From NCBI GenBank assembly GCA_043811915.1, contig JBDRMS010000008.1, positions 109 through 64,108 on the forward strand: a stretch of 64,000 bases of DNA, read 5' to 3'. Positions within the stretch are counted from its first letter, which is position 1, and each line of letters opens with the position of its first letter. This document shows positions 29,372 to 39,562 of this stretch, in pieces. The position numbers and the translations under genes were made by a program. This DNA is from a bacterium. Lineage in GTDB: Bacteria; Patescibacteriota; Andersenbacteria; UBA10190. The notes under the pieces are model-generated. The model was not told where the DNA came from, ran no database searches, and saw nothing but the letters and a program-made list of their open reading frames with translations.

Positions 29372-31222
29372 ATGAGCTTTCTGCCCACCTTATTTTTAAT
29401 CATCGTCCCTGCCATCTTTGGCACTGCCGTCTTTGCCGCCCTGCGACTGTTTAGAGAAAAAATTATTCTCCTGCTCACCGGAGCAATATCCGGGCTGTCT
29501 CTCACTATATTCCTTACTTATTTTACAACTGCTGTCTTCCCGTTAAGCAACATTACTCTACTCGCCATCCTTCTTATACTCGTGGCCATCACTGCGCTCC
29601 TGCTTATTAAAACCTCGGCCTGGGCTAACTGGCGAGCCTGTCATCTGGATAAAACAACTCTTATCATTTTTGCTGCTCTCGCCGTCCTATCCATACTCAT
29701 TGCTCCCAAGCTTCTTATTACCATGCCAGACGGCAGTCTGCATACCGGAGTGCTCAATGCCTATGGTGATATTGGCTGGCACATGTCAAACATCACAAGC
29801 TTGCAAAACAACAATTCTTTTGTTCCCCAAAACCCAATCTTCGCCTCTACTCCTCTCACTTACCCATTCTTAACTAATTTCTTCTCTACCATGCTGTTGG
29901 AAACCGGTGCCACCCTTAGTCGGTCCATCACTATGCCAACCCTTCTGCTCTTCACTATTACTCTTGTTCTTATCTATTGCTTTGCCCTTAAATTAACTGG
30001 TAAAAAAATAGCCGCCGCGATCACCCTTCTCCTTTTTTTATTCGCCGGTGGCACTGTAGGATGGATACAAATATTTGGTGATTGGCAAGAATCTTCTGGG
30101 ACGCTAATCAATTTCCTCTCCAGCCTTCCCCGCCACTACACCGGACATTCCGACAACCCACTGCAGCTGCATCTCATTAACCCTCTCATCTCCCTGCTGC
30201 TACCCCAACGGTCCTTCCTGTTCGGTATCCCCCTGGCACTAACCCTGCTGCTCCTGCTGCTTCAAACCAAAAGCAGGGGAACCCCGGCACTTATTACCGC
30301 TGGCGTGCTGGCCGGCATCCTACCCCTTTTTCACGCCCACACTGTCCTGACCCTCGTTCCCGCTATTCTGGGCCTGCTCATAATTTATCCCGCCAAGAAA
30401 TGGCTATATTTCTTTTTCACTGCCGGTCTGATTGGAATACCAGGGTTGTTAATCTATCAAGCCGGTTCTTCGTCCTTCTCTTCTCTTTTTAAACTTCAAT
30501 TGGGCTGGATGAGTAGCCCTGACAATTTCTTTATTTACTGGATAAAAAATACCGGCCTTATCATTCCGGCAACTATGCTCGCCATAATTTTACCCGCTCC
30601 GCGCGCTACTAAAGCCTTAGCCATCGCCGGCTTTGTTATTTTCATTGCTGCCAATATTTGGCTCTTTGCCGCCTGGGAATGGGACAACACGAAACTGTTT
30701 GTTTATTGGCTGCTTTTTTCTCTACCTCTTGTCAGCTATCTGTTAGTGAAGTTGTTCCGCTCTTCTTCTCTTGCCTTACGCGGAGTTATTATCGCCTTCT
30801 TTATTTTTCATACTCTGTCCGGCGCCCTTGATGTATTTCAACTAGCCCTGCCAAACTCTCCTACCTGGCAGGTGTGGAGCAAGCATGATGTCGACTTTGC
30901 TCAAGAGATTCGCGCCAATACACAACTTAGCGACACCATTATCACTGCCCCCATTCACAACTCAACCGTAGCCCTTACCGGCCGTCCCCAATATCTCGGT
31001 TACCCTGGCCATGTTTGGACTCATGGTGGTAACCACTGGAACAGAGAAGCTGCCACTAGGCAATTCTACGAAGGTAAAATCGACACCTTACCGGAAACTA
31101 CCGTCACTCACGTCCTGGTCGGACCAGCTGAAAAATCCATGTACCCTTCCCTCAAAATACGCCCCGACTGGCAGCTGGTTATTCAGCAAAACGGATACGT
31201 CCTCTATAAACTCCGCCAATAA
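29372..31222 (+). CDS. Large polytopic membrane protein with a C-terminal extracytoplasmic domain. Possibly another GT-C-type enzyme
   Basis: More than 12 hydrophobic segments followed by a roughly 130 aa soluble C-terminus. No specific motif recognised. Confidence 0.35.
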   Translation: MSFLPTLFLIIVPAIFGTAVFAALRLFREKIILLLTGAISGLSLTIFLTYFTTAVFPLSNITLLAILLILVAITALLLIKTSAWANWRACHLDKTTLIIFAALAVLSILIAPKLLITMPDGSLHTGVLNAYGDIGWHMSNITSLQNNNSFVPQNPIFASTPLTYPFLTNFFSTMLLETGATLSRSITMPTLLLFTITLVLIYCFALKLTGKKIAAAITLLLFLFAGGTVGWIQIFGDWQESSGTLINFLSSLPRHYTGHSDNPLQLHLINPLISLLLPQRSFLFGIPLALTLLLLLLQTKSRGTPALITAGVLAGILPLFHAHTVLTLVPAILGLLIIYPAKKWLYFFFTAGLIGIPGLLIYQAGSSSFSSLFKLQLGWMSSPDNFFIYWIKNTGLIIPATMLAIILPAPRATKALAIAGFVIFIAANIWLFAAWEWDNTKLFVYWLLFSLPLVSYLLVKLFRSSSLALRGVIIAFFIFHTLSGALDVFQLALPNSPTWQVWSKHDVDFAQEIRANTQLSDTIITAPIHNSTVALTGRPQYLGYPGHVWTHGGNHWNREAATRQFYEGKIDTLPETTVTHVLVGPAEKSMYPSLKIRPDWQLVIQQNGYVLYKLRQ

Positions 31223-32142
31223 TCTAAAATATCTTTCAGTGATTTATCCAAAAAAATAGTTGGCCGCCAGGCAGCAGCTTTCTTCAACTTGGTTGCATCT
31301 CCAACCATCACCGGCATATCTGATGGACGCATAAGTTTTTCATCCTGCTCCACTGTTATTTCAACTTCACTTAACTTCAACAATTTGTCTAAAATATGCT
31401 GGATACTGACTGCTTCGCCCGACGCCACATTATACACCTCCCCGCACACCCCTCTCTCCATCAGCAGTCGGTATGCGCACACGACATCGCGCACATCAGT
31501 GAAGTCTCTTTTCGCCTCCAGATTTCCTACTTTCAAAACCGGCTTTTGTTTGCCCCGCTCTATCGCCGCAATCTGTGAAGCAAAATCAGCCGTCACAAAA
31601 CCCAAACTCTGACCTGGGCCAATATGGGGAAATGGCCGCACCCGGAGGACTCGATCATTAAAATCCCGCTCTATTATCTTTTCCATCTCCCACTTAGTCT
31701 GCGCATATGTATTGCGCGGCCTGGCCTGCTCCAAAGAAAGTTCCACTAGGGGATTATTATTTTCCTGCCCGCCATAGATATCCGCCGAACTGGCCACTAA
31801 CACACAAGTATCGGGGCTGATTTGCTTAACTTCTTCAAGCAACTGCCGTGTTCCCTCTACGTTAACCCGCCACGCATACTCTTCGTTTTGCGACGCTAGA
31901 GCCGCTGACGGTACCGCCGCCAAATGGACTATCCACGCCGGCTGCCCCGCCTGTAAACTTTCCCTATATGACTCCGGATCTGTAATATCGATTTTCACTC
32001 CCTTAACATAGTCAGGCATTCCTTCAACAGAGCGATCCCAGACAATTACTTCTGTATCTGGTGTTTCCTTCCTCAACTCGCTAATCAAGTGTCGGCCGAC
32101 AAAACCATTCCCGCCAGTAATAACAACAGTTTCTCCTCTCAT
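31204..32142 (-). CDS. NAD(P)-dependent epimerase/dehydratase, likely GDP-4-keto-6-deoxy-D-mannose reductase or GDP-L-fucose synthase
   Basis: VVITGGNGFVGRHL Rossmann motif and YAQTK active-site motif. It lies immediately downstream of gmd. Confidence 0.7.
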   Translation of the reverse strand: MRGETVVITGGNGFVGRHLISELRKETPDTEVIVWDRSVEGMPDYVKGVKIDITDPESYRESLQAGQPAWIVHLAAVPSAALASQNEEYAWRVNVEGTRQLLEEVKQISPDTCVLVASSADIYGGQENNNPLVELSLEQARPRNTYAQTKWEMEKIIERDFNDRVLRVRPFPHIGPGQSLGFVTADFASQIAAIERGKQKPVLKVGNLEAKRDFTDVRDVVCAYRLLMERGVCGEVYNVASGEAVSIQHILDKLLKLSEVEITVEQDEKLMRPSDMPVMVGDATKLKKAAAWRPTIFLDKSLKDILDYWRSL

Positions 32143-32161
32143 AATTACCAGTTGCCAGTCA

Positions 32162-33151
32162 CTAGTTACCAGTTACCGTATAACGATTGTCGACTTTCAA
32201 TTTTTCCAGCTCCGCCTCCACCATCATGGCCACCAGTTCCGGAAATCTAACTTTCGGCTCCCAACCCAATTTTTCTTTTGCCTTGGTCGGGTCAGCCAGC
32301 AACTTGTCCACCTCTGCCGGGCGCATATACCTCTCATCCTGTGTAACATAGTCACGCCAATTCAATCCCACATACTGAAACGCCAATTCCACCAGCTCCT
32401 GCACCGAGTGATTTTTTCCCGTTCCAATCACAAAATCCTCCGGTTTATCCTGCTGCAACATCAGCCACATCATCTCCACGTAGTCGCCGGCAAACCCCCA
32501 GTCACGCCTGGACTCCAGATTACCCATTTGCAGCTCTTTCTGTAGCCCCATTTTAATGCGCGCCGCACCTTTCGCTACTTTGCGCGTCACAAATTCCTCT
32601 CCTCGACGCGGAGATTCATGGTTAAAAAGTATCCCAGAGCAAGCAAACATGCCATAGCTCTCCCTGAAGTTGACCGTAATCCAATGCCCATACACCTTGG
32701 CTACTCCATATGGACTACGCGGGTAAAAGGATGTTTTTTCATTCTGTGGCGACTCCACCACCTTGCCAAACATCTCACTGCTGCTGGCCTGGTAGAAACG
32801 GGCCTCCGGCTTTACTGTCTTTATTGCTTCCAGCATTCGCGTTACCCCCAAGCCTGTCACATCTCCCGTTAGTTCCGCCAGATCCCAGCTCGACTTTACA
32901 AAAGACTGTGCCCCCAGATTGTAAACCTCGTCCGGCTCGGACATCTCCACCGCCCGATACAGGGAAGTGCTATCCGACAGGTCACCGGTTATCATCTCAA
33001 ATTTATCCAGAATGTGTTCAACATTCTCATATTGATTCGTGGCGCTCCTTTGCACCAGGCCAAACACTTTATAACCCTTATTCAATAATAACTCCGCTAA
33101 ATACGAGCCATCCTGACCCGTAATACCCGTTATTAATGCATGCTTAGACAT
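32162..33151 (-). CDS. gmd: GDP-mannose 4,6-dehydratase. Start taken at the MSKHALITG Met. The longer ORF extends to 33382
   Basis: [24 protein letters not shown] and NHESPRRG are Gmd signatures. The upstream extension lacks homology and overlaps truB. Confidence 0.9.
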   Translation of the reverse strand: MSKHALITGITGQDGSYLAELLLNKGYKVFGLVQRSATNQYENVEHILDKFEMITGDLSDSTSLYRAVEMSEPDEVYNLGAQSFVKSSWDLAELTGDVTGLGVTRMLEAIKTVKPEARFYQASSSEMFGKVVESPQNEKTSFYPRSPYGVAKVYGHWITVNFRESYGMFACSGILFNHESPRRGEEFVTRKVAKGAARIKMGLQKELQMGNLESRRDWGFAGDYVEMMWLMLQQDKPEDFVIGTGKNHSVQELVELAFQYVGLNWRDYVTQDERYMRPAEVDKLLADPTKAKEKLGWEPKVRFPELVAMMVEAELEKLKVDNRYTVTGN

Positions 33152-34112
33152 GACCTTACAAATACTGTATTCTAAGCCGAATGTCAAAAATAATCTTGAA
33201 AATATGAACGGTGTTCTCATCATCGACAAACCAGCCGACATAACCTCGCATGATGTTGTAGAACAGGTACGTCGAGTAACGGGTATTAAGAAAATAGGGC
33301 ATGGCGGCACGCTCGATCCTTTCGCTACCGGAGTCCTTCTTATTCTCGTCGGCAGTACTACCCGTCTGATGGAATACATCAATATGATGTCTAAAACTTA
33401 TGCTGCCGAAATCACTTTAGGCGCCACCAGCGATACTGATGATATCACCGGCGAAATTTTAAAATCCAAAACGCGCGCCGGGAAAACACCAGAGGCGCGC
33501 GCCGCTCTAGTCAGCTTCCTCGGCCGACAGCAACAAACACCTCCCTCGTATTCCGCCATAAAAGTTAAAGGGCAAAAAGCTTACCAGGCAGCCAGGAAGG
33601 GGACACCCCTCAAATTAAAACCGAGAGTCGTTAATATATACAATATTCAACTCATCGACTATCAATATCCCGTCTTGTCCCTCACAGTCACTTGCAGTTC
33701 CGGCACCTACATTCGGGCTCTGGCCCGTGACATCGGCGAAAAGCTAAAAACCGGAGCTTATTTATCAAAACTATGCAGAACATCAATAGAATTAAGCCTA
33801 ACAAAGCCAAATAAAAATATGAAACAAAAATTTACTTTAGAAAACGCAGTTAAATTAGATCAACTCACAGCCAGTAACCTCACCTCGCATTTATTACCAC
33901 CATCAACACTGGTAGCTCATCTGCCATTAATTATCCTCTCTCAATCCAACGTCGCACAACTTAGAAACGGTCAAAAGATAGAGTGGGGAAGTACTAACCT
34001 TACATGGTCCCCCGAGCAGCCAATCGCCTTGTTTACCAAAGATAACCAGCTAATCGGCATCGGCCACTTTGACCCTGCCACCAGGCTCCTCTCCCCTAAG
34101 AAAATCCTCTGA
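33150..34112 (+). CDS. truB: tRNA pseudouridine(55) synthase TruB. An alternative start is at 33204 ([10 protein letters not shown])
   Basis: [17 protein letters not shown] and [14 protein letters not shown] catalytic region. Its start codon shares CATG with the divergent gmd. Confidence 0.85.
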   Translation: MTLQILYSKPNVKNNLENMNGVLIIDKPADITSHDVVEQVRRVTGIKKIGHGGTLDPFATGVLLILVGSTTRLMEYINMMSKTYAAEITLGATSDTDDITGEILKSKTRAGKTPEARAALVSFLGRQQQTPPSYSAIKVKGQKAYQAARKGTPLKLKPRVVNIYNIQLIDYQYPVLSLTVTCSSGTYIRALARDIGEKLKTGAYLSKLCRTSIELSLTKPNKNMKQKFTLENAVKLDQLTASNLTSHLLPPSTLVAHLPLIILSQSNVAQLRNGQKIEWGSTNLTWSPEQPIALFTKDNQLIGIGHFDPATRLLSPKKIL

Positions 34113-34159
34113 TTTGCTTTTTCCGTCTACTTCCCTCATAATCACTATCACAATATTCC

Positions 34160-34420
34160 ATGCCCCAGACTCAATCAGCTTTAAAAGCCCTCCGGGGAAA
34201 TCACGCCAGACGCATCATAAACGATCGCTGGCGCAAGAAAGTCCGTGTTGCCTTACGTGCCGTCCGGGATGCCGTTACCGCCAAAGACAAGAAAACCGCC
34301 GCCGCCGCTTACGATAAATTTCAAAGCACCATCGACCGTGCCGCCCGCCGCAACATCATTCACCCCAACAAAGTTGCCCGACAAAAAAAGCGCCTGCAAA
34401 AAACCATCACTTCCCTTTAA
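34160..34420 (+). CDS. rpsT: 30S ribosomal protein S20
   Basis: SALKALRGNHARR...IIHPNKVARQKKRL matches bS20. Confidence 0.85.
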   Translation: MPQTQSALKALRGNHARRIINDRWRKKVRVALRAVRDAVTAKDKKTAAAAYDKFQSTIDRAARRNIIHPNKVARQKKRLQKTITSL

Positions 34421-35324
34421 CCAGATTCAGCACCAGCATCATCAGACCAGTGCGCTGGTCTACTTTTCCCTGCTTGATAGAAAAATCCGCGGCCAAAATA
34501 CGCGTTAAGGCTCCGCGCAAGAATCCTACCGGGAAGCGCTGCGCGTGAGCATAATTTTTCTGCACAGAGTAAGGCTTCATCCTGTTCTCTTTTGCTATGA
34601 CCGCCTGCATCTGGTTTTTATCAATTCCGCGCCGCACTGCCAACAATGTACGAAACTGATAGGCTAACATCGACAATATATAAAATTCACTATTTCCTTC
34701 ATCCAACAAAATTTCAATACTGCGAATTGCACTTCGTTTATCGCCCCGCGTCAGCGCATCAAGCATGGAAAATACTTCTGCTATCGGTGCCTCTGGCACC
34801 GCCGCTAGCACATCACTGACTGTAATACGCTCTCGCATCACCAATAATTTTTCCAGCTCCGCTACCAAACCCCAACCATCAGTGCCCACCCGTTCCACCA
34901 GCTCCCGCGCCGCTGCCTCGTCAATTTGTCCCCCCCGCTCTTCAGCTTGAACTTTGAGCCACGCCGCCGCCGCTCCAGGCGACATTAATTCAAATTCCCG
35001 CCCCTTTTCTCTTAACTTCTTATACACCGCCAGCCGCTTATCCGGCTTTCCCCGATCCCACAATACACACGAAGCCGCCCCTTGCTCTACGGCAATCAAA
35101 ATATCACCTTGCAAAGACGCCGGCATATCAGCGATATCCCGAACAACCAGTAACTCCTGGCCAAATAAACCCCTGGTCGCCCCCTTGCCTAACAACTCGC
35201 CGGCTCCAGCCTCTTCAAAATCAGTTCTGTCAAGCCAGCGCACCCGCGCCTTCTTTTCCTCTGCCAGTTTATCAATTTCCCGCCGCGCCCTGTACGTATC
35301 CTCCCCGTAAAAATAATGAATCAC
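34407..35324 (-). CDS. holA: DNA polymerase III delta subunit
   Basis: MIHYFYGEDTY N-terminus and overall HolA-like helical architecture. It overlaps the convergent rpsT end by 14 nt. Confidence 0.65.
   Translation of the reverse strand: MIHYFYGEDTYRARREIDKLAEEKKARVRWLDRTDFEEAGAGELLGKGATRGLFGQELLVVRDIADMPASLQGDILIAVEQGAASCVLWDRGKPDKRLAVYKKLREKGREFELMSPGAAAAWLKVQAEERGGQIDEAAARELVERVGTDGWGLVAELEKLLVMRERITVSDVLAAVPEAPIAEVFSMLDALTRGDKRSAIRSIEILLDEGNSEFYILSMLAYQFRTLLAVRRGIDKNQMQAVIAKENRMKPYSVQKNYAHAQRFPVGFLRGALTRILAADFSIKQGKVDQRTGLMMLVLNLVKGK
34444..34470 (+). terminator. Hairpin AGACCAG-TGCG-CTGGTCT followed by ACTTTTCC, downstream of rpsT and in the convergent rpsT/holA overlap zone
   Basis: A 7-bp perfect stem and a weak T tract read directly from the sequence. 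Confidence 0.35.
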
Positions 35325-36535
35325 GGCAACACTGAATCACTCGGCGACGCTGCTGGAGATACTTCTGTCAATTCCCAAGTAACATCAATATCAGGCTCTA
35401 CCACCATCACCCATATTTGCCCCCTGGTAAACTTTATATTTTCGCCTCTCTCATCCATAAAGTGCACCGGGTCATTTTTGTGTAACACGTCCTTTCGCCA
35501 CGTCCCTTTTATCACCCCACCACCCTGGTACACCACCGCCTCGCCCTCTCCTTCAACATCCACGTCATTGTAACCTCCGGGACCATCGGCATACTGATTA
35601 TTCGCCCGCATAACAATCACCACGCTGGGCGCCACTGCCTCCTTGCCCCCTCCTCCGTCAAGCTGCTTGGTGCCTCCCCAATAACGCTCATATCGATTAG
35701 TCTCCTTGTTGTATTCATAATGCACCCGGTAAATTCCCGGCCAGTTTATAGACAACGTTCCCCCCGCCGGCCGCTGATCATACGCTTCGTCATCCTTAAA
35801 ATCATATTCGTTAAATTTAGTCGTCGTTCTGTATTCCAATTTAGTCAGCGCATCCCACAAATTATCATACGTAGTAAACCCATTGTACGGCGCCGGCAGG
35901 TGATTTTTTCTAAAGTACGCCCCAAACGGATTGGTTAACGCGTTAATAGTATCGAACTCCCCCGCCGCAATACGATTAAGCGCATGATAGCTGCCGCCCC
36001 AATGGGCCATGACTGCGTCGGTACCTTCTGCCAGAAACAGATAATCATGCCGCGCCGAACGCACCGAGCCAATATCATCCGGCCGCCCGCACTGATAAAC
36101 CGCCATTAATCTGATTACGTCACTTATCAGCACCGGCAGCTCCCACACCATGTCCGCTTCCGCAAAACCAGACACCGGACGGGTGATCGGGTCCGAAGCC
36201 AGCATCACCGCTATCGGACGCCGGTCCGCCTCCTCGCAAGAACGGCCAGACAAACCACTGATTGCTGCCCGCCGGTCACTGTCCAGGGCTTCGGGCAACA
36301 AACCAAAGCTCTTTTCCCCGTTCTCGCTGGCTCGCCCCCCCGACCAGATCATTGCCAGCAACACCGCCAAAATCGCCAGCAATACCGCCAGGCTGCCTCC
36401 CAATATTAACCACTTTTTTTCTATTCTATTTTTTTCAGTCTTAGCCGCTTCCCTGTCAAGACCAACCACCACGTCAGAACGCAAGTCCACTTTTCCCGAC
36501 ACCTCGTTTGATGGCTTCTCTCCTTTCTCACTCAT
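35321..36535 (-). CDS. DUF3048 (YerB-like) domain protein with an N-terminal membrane anchor
   Basis: RRPIAVMLASDPITRPVSGFAEADMVWE resembles the DUF3048 core. A single TM lies near residue 45. Confidence 0.55.
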   Translation of the reverse strand: MSEKGEKPSNEVSGKVDLRSDVVVGLDREAAKTEKNRIEKKWLILGGSLAVLLAILAVLLAMIWSGGRASENGEKSFGLLPEALDSDRRAAISGLSGRSCEEADRRPIAVMLASDPITRPVSGFAEADMVWELPVLISDVIRLMAVYQCGRPDDIGSVRSARHDYLFLAEGTDAVMAHWGGSYHALNRIAAGEFDTINALTNPFGAYFRKNHLPAPYNGFTTYDNLWDALTKLEYRTTTKFNEYDFKDDEAYDQRPAGGTLSINWPGIYRVHYEYNKETNRYERYWGGTKQLDGGGGKEAVAPSVVIVMRANNQYADGPGGYNDVDVEGEGEAVVYQGGGVIKGTWRKDVLHKNDPVHFMDERGENIKFTRGQIWVMVVEPDIDVTWELTEVSPAASPSDSVLP

Positions 36536-36580
36536 AAAATGTATGCGAAAATTCTACCATAGTCGCTTCCTCAATCACAA

Positions 36581-39073
36581 TCAGCTTACGTCAAACAACG
36601 ATTCACTCAAATAGTCACTGCTTCCTCCCGGCTCTTCGCCAGCAGTGCCATTAACACCCTTGTTATAATTAAATCTCTCTAAAATCTGCTCCTCGACCTG
36701 CTCTACCGGCCGTCCATATTTCTCGCTCGAAAATTGCTGCACTTTATCACGTATTCTCGCGTCTCCTCCGCTCGGGGGCGGCGCCGCCATCAGACTAAAC
36801 GGCCGCTGCGGCGTCCCCGCCACTAACAATCGCATTATGGCCACGAATCGTTCAAGGTTTAGTAAGTCATACTCGCCAAAAACCGGCTCAAACTGCTTCG
36901 CCAGTATTTCCGTGTCTTCCGGCCCCACCCTGTATGCCACCATTGTCCCCACATTACCAAACACTGCCTCTCTAATTTTGTCTTCCAGCTGTCGTATAAA
37001 TTGGTGCGTTAAGTTCAGATTGAGTTTGTACTTGCGTGCCTCCGACAAAACAGTCACAATACTGTCCGTCGTAAAATTCTGAAATTCGTCCAGGTACAAG
37101 TAAAAATCAGGCCTCTTTTCCTCCGGCATGTTAGCTCGGGCCAAAGCTGCTATTTGAATTTTCGACACTAGAACAAACCCTAGCAGGTCAGAATTAATAT
37201 CCCCCAGCGACCCTTTCGACAAATTACACAATAAAATCTTACGCGTATCCATAATCTCCCGCATATCAAAGGATGAACTCGACTGCCCAATCATATTGCG
37301 CATTGTCTTATTGCTGACAAAACGTCCTAGTTTACTAATCACATAACTCAACATGTCAGCCGACATTTGTCCCTTCTGCGACTGTTGAAACTCCTGCTCC
37401 CAAAACTGCTTCACCGTTGGATTTGTATTGTTTTCAAGTACTCGCTCCCGAAACTTTTCGTCCACAAACATACGCGGCACATCAACCAGCGTGGCCCCCT
37501 TGTCTTCCACCAGTGCCAACAAAGCATTGCGCAGGTAATGTTCAAACATAGGACCAATCGACTCCGGGTTCAGTCGTGCCGCCAGTTTCTGTAAAATCTG
37601 CACCACCTCATTAACCACCAGGTCTTTTTGTATCTCATCACGTACCTCCAGAATATTAAAGCCCAGCGGTCGCTCCTGGTCTCTAGGATCAAACAAGACC
37701 ACATCCTCCACTCGCTCCGGCGGGACTCGCAATAAAATATCTTCAATTAAATCTCCGTGCGGGTCTACCACTCCCACTCCGTGACCGGCCCTCATGTCCT
37801 GCTCCACCATATTCAAAAACAGTGTTGTTTTTCCTGTTCCTGTTTGGCCAATCACATAGAAATGCCGCCGCCTGTCATCCGAAGCAAAATATACTGGCGT
37901 CTTTACTCCCCGGTACACATTATCGCCTAACAGCACACCTTCTTGTTTCAAATTATTTGGCGCCGGAGCTATTTTAGCCCCCCGCCATAACACATGCGGT
38001 GTCTCCGTCGTCGGTAGGGGAAAATGAAAAACCGAGGCCAGCTCCGCTACAGACAGCGTGCTGGCCGTGCGCTCCCGCGGCATCCGCCAAACCAGATCGC
38101 GCAGAAACTTACGTGAAAGTCCGGCTCGCCTTGCTACCAATCCATTCAAGTCCGGCAGGTCATACTGCGCAAAAGCGCCAACCATCGCACCAAAAATTCT
38201 CTCTGCCTCCTCTGCCTCCCGGGCCGATACTCCCACTCTGATATTCACCGCAAACTGCTGCTGCGCTTGCTTGTCTTCCACCAGCTCCACCCGCTGTTCT
38301 GCCCGCGGTGTCAGTTGCGCCGCTTTAGATTCCGCTTTCTCCCGTTGTTGTTCCGTCTTCATCACCCGGCCGCTCACTCCAGTAAATCCCCGCTTCACGC
38401 CAACATCTCCCTGTTCTCCCCGTACTGTCCGCCTGGCCGCCTCCCGTCCTCGCCGCCGCACATTTCCTTTGGCCACCCGGCACACTAATTGCAACACCGC
38501 CGCATCCTTCTCCTGTATTTTAGCCAGCGCCCCCGTCAATGCCTGCAGCGGATCTGCTCCCAGCTCTTTATATGTTGCCATCGGCAAATGCTGCTTCCCC
38601 CGCAGCCTTAAATACCCGGCCCGAATAGTGTCTCCCGGCTCAAACACAGTATACCCCTCCGCCTCCTGCACCTCTGCTTCAGGATACAAAGCGTATATCT
38701 GTTTCTCTATGTGGTCCAGAAAACGCCTCTCCGTCCCTACCTGGAACACAATCATGCCATCGGGACGCGCCACAATTTCAAACACAATCAACGGCCGGCC
38801 ATACAACCAGCGATCCGTTGTGGTCACCGGCAACTTCACCAGAGTTGTTAAAAACTGCTCTGCCACACTAATTTTTTCCCTTAATTCCTCAATCGGGGTG
38901 TCTTTGGCTTCGCCCGTCTTTACATCTTTTGGTAATAATACCTGCAGCATAGTAACGTCCAGCGCCCGGCGCAGCAGCGCCCGTTCCCGTAATGTTCTTG
39001 CCAATAACCAGGTTGCCATAGTTGCTGCCGCCGTCAGAACCAGGCTAATCAATATTGCCAGCATCACAGACAT
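36581..39073 (-). CDS. VirD4/TraG/TraD-like type IV coupling protein ATPase with an N-terminal TM
   Basis: VIGQTGTGKTT Walker A, a DEFQNF Walker B region, and a C-terminal TraD/TraG-like part. N-terminal hydrophobic helix. Confidence 0.6.
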   Translation of the reverse strand: MSVMLAILISLVLTAAATMATWLLARTLRERALLRRALDVTMLQVLLPKDVKTGEAKDTPIEELREKISVAEQFLTTLVKLPVTTTDRWLYGRPLIVFEIVARPDGMIVFQVGTERRFLDHIEKQIYALYPEAEVQEAEGYTVFEPGDTIRAGYLRLRGKQHLPMATYKELGADPLQALTGALAKIQEKDAAVLQLVCRVAKGNVRRRGREAARRTVRGEQGDVGVKRGFTGVSGRVMKTEQQREKAESKAAQLTPRAEQRVELVEDKQAQQQFAVNIRVGVSAREAEEAERIFGAMVGAFAQYDLPDLNGLVARRAGLSRKFLRDLVWRMPRERTASTLSVAELASVFHFPLPTTETPHVLWRGAKIAPAPNNLKQEGVLLGDNVYRGVKTPVYFASDDRRRHFYVIGQTGTGKTTLFLNMVEQDMRAGHGVGVVDPHGDLIEDILLRVPPERVEDVVLFDPRDQERPLGFNILEVRDEIQKDLVVNEVVQILQKLAARLNPESIGPMFEHYLRNALLALVEDKGATLVDVPRMFVDEKFRERVLENNTNPTVKQFWEQEFQQSQKGQMSADMLSYVISKLGRFVSNKTMRNMIGQSSSSFDMREIMDTRKILLCNLSKGSLGDINSDLLGFVLVSKIQIAALARANMPEEKRPDFYLYLDEFQNFTTDSIVTVLSEARKYKLNLNLTHQFIRQLEDKIREAVFGNVGTMVAYRVGPEDTEILAKQFEPVFGEYDLLNLERFVAIMRLLVAGTPQRPFSLMAAPPPSGGDARIRDKVQQFSSEKYGRPVEQVEEQILERFNYNKGVNGTAGEEPGGSSDYLSESLFDVS

Positions 39074-39076
39074 ATC

Positions 39077-39562
39077 TTAAGCGCTAATAATAAATAAAAT
39101 AAAAATCAGCAGCAACGTCACAACTATAATTATCACTCCAGTTTTAACCGGCCAGGAAAAAACTTTTTGCCTGTTTATTCCCCGCTGTTGTATAGCCTCA
39201 TACAATTCTCCCGTTAGCACATCATGCAATAAATCAACATTACGCGGGTAGTTGCCGCTCTTCCGCGCCCGCCCCAGGGCCATCGCCAGGTCCTGGTCAA
39301 AAGCCATATTCACCAGGCCCTGCACCTCTGCATGTTCTTCCCTGGTGTGCTCCCATGGACGCGACAGCGTTCCGACTGCCTCGCCCTGGCGAGCAAACTC
39401 CCTTGCCACTTCCTGCCCCACTGCCTCCCGTTGCCTTACCACCCCCGGCCCCGACTCCCGCCGCATCCTTTCCCCCACTTGCTCCTTAAACTCCTGCGCC
39501 TCCTCCGGCGTAGAAAAAATCAACGTCTCCTTTCCTTCCGGCTGTCGCTCTCGCCCTGTCAT
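39077..39562 (-). CDS. Hypothetical tail-anchored membrane protein (161 aa)
   Basis: Charged soluble N-terminus and a C-terminal TM (VIIIVVTLLLIFILFIISA). Overlapping stop/start with its neighbours. Confidence 0.4.
   Translation of the reverse strand: MTGRERQPEGKETLIFSTPEEAQEFKEQVGERMRRESGPGVVRQREAVGQEVAREFARQGEAVGTLSRPWEHTREEHAEVQGLVNMAFDQDLAMALGRARKSGNYPRNVDLLHDVLTGELYEAIQQRGINRQKVFSWPVKTGVIIIVVTLLLIFILFIISA

Noticed and set aside
32162-33382. A long N-terminal extension of gmd (406-aa ORF)
   Set aside because: The first 77 residues are non-homologous and arginine/proline-rich, and they overlap truB. Conserved Gmd starts at MSKHALITG (33151).
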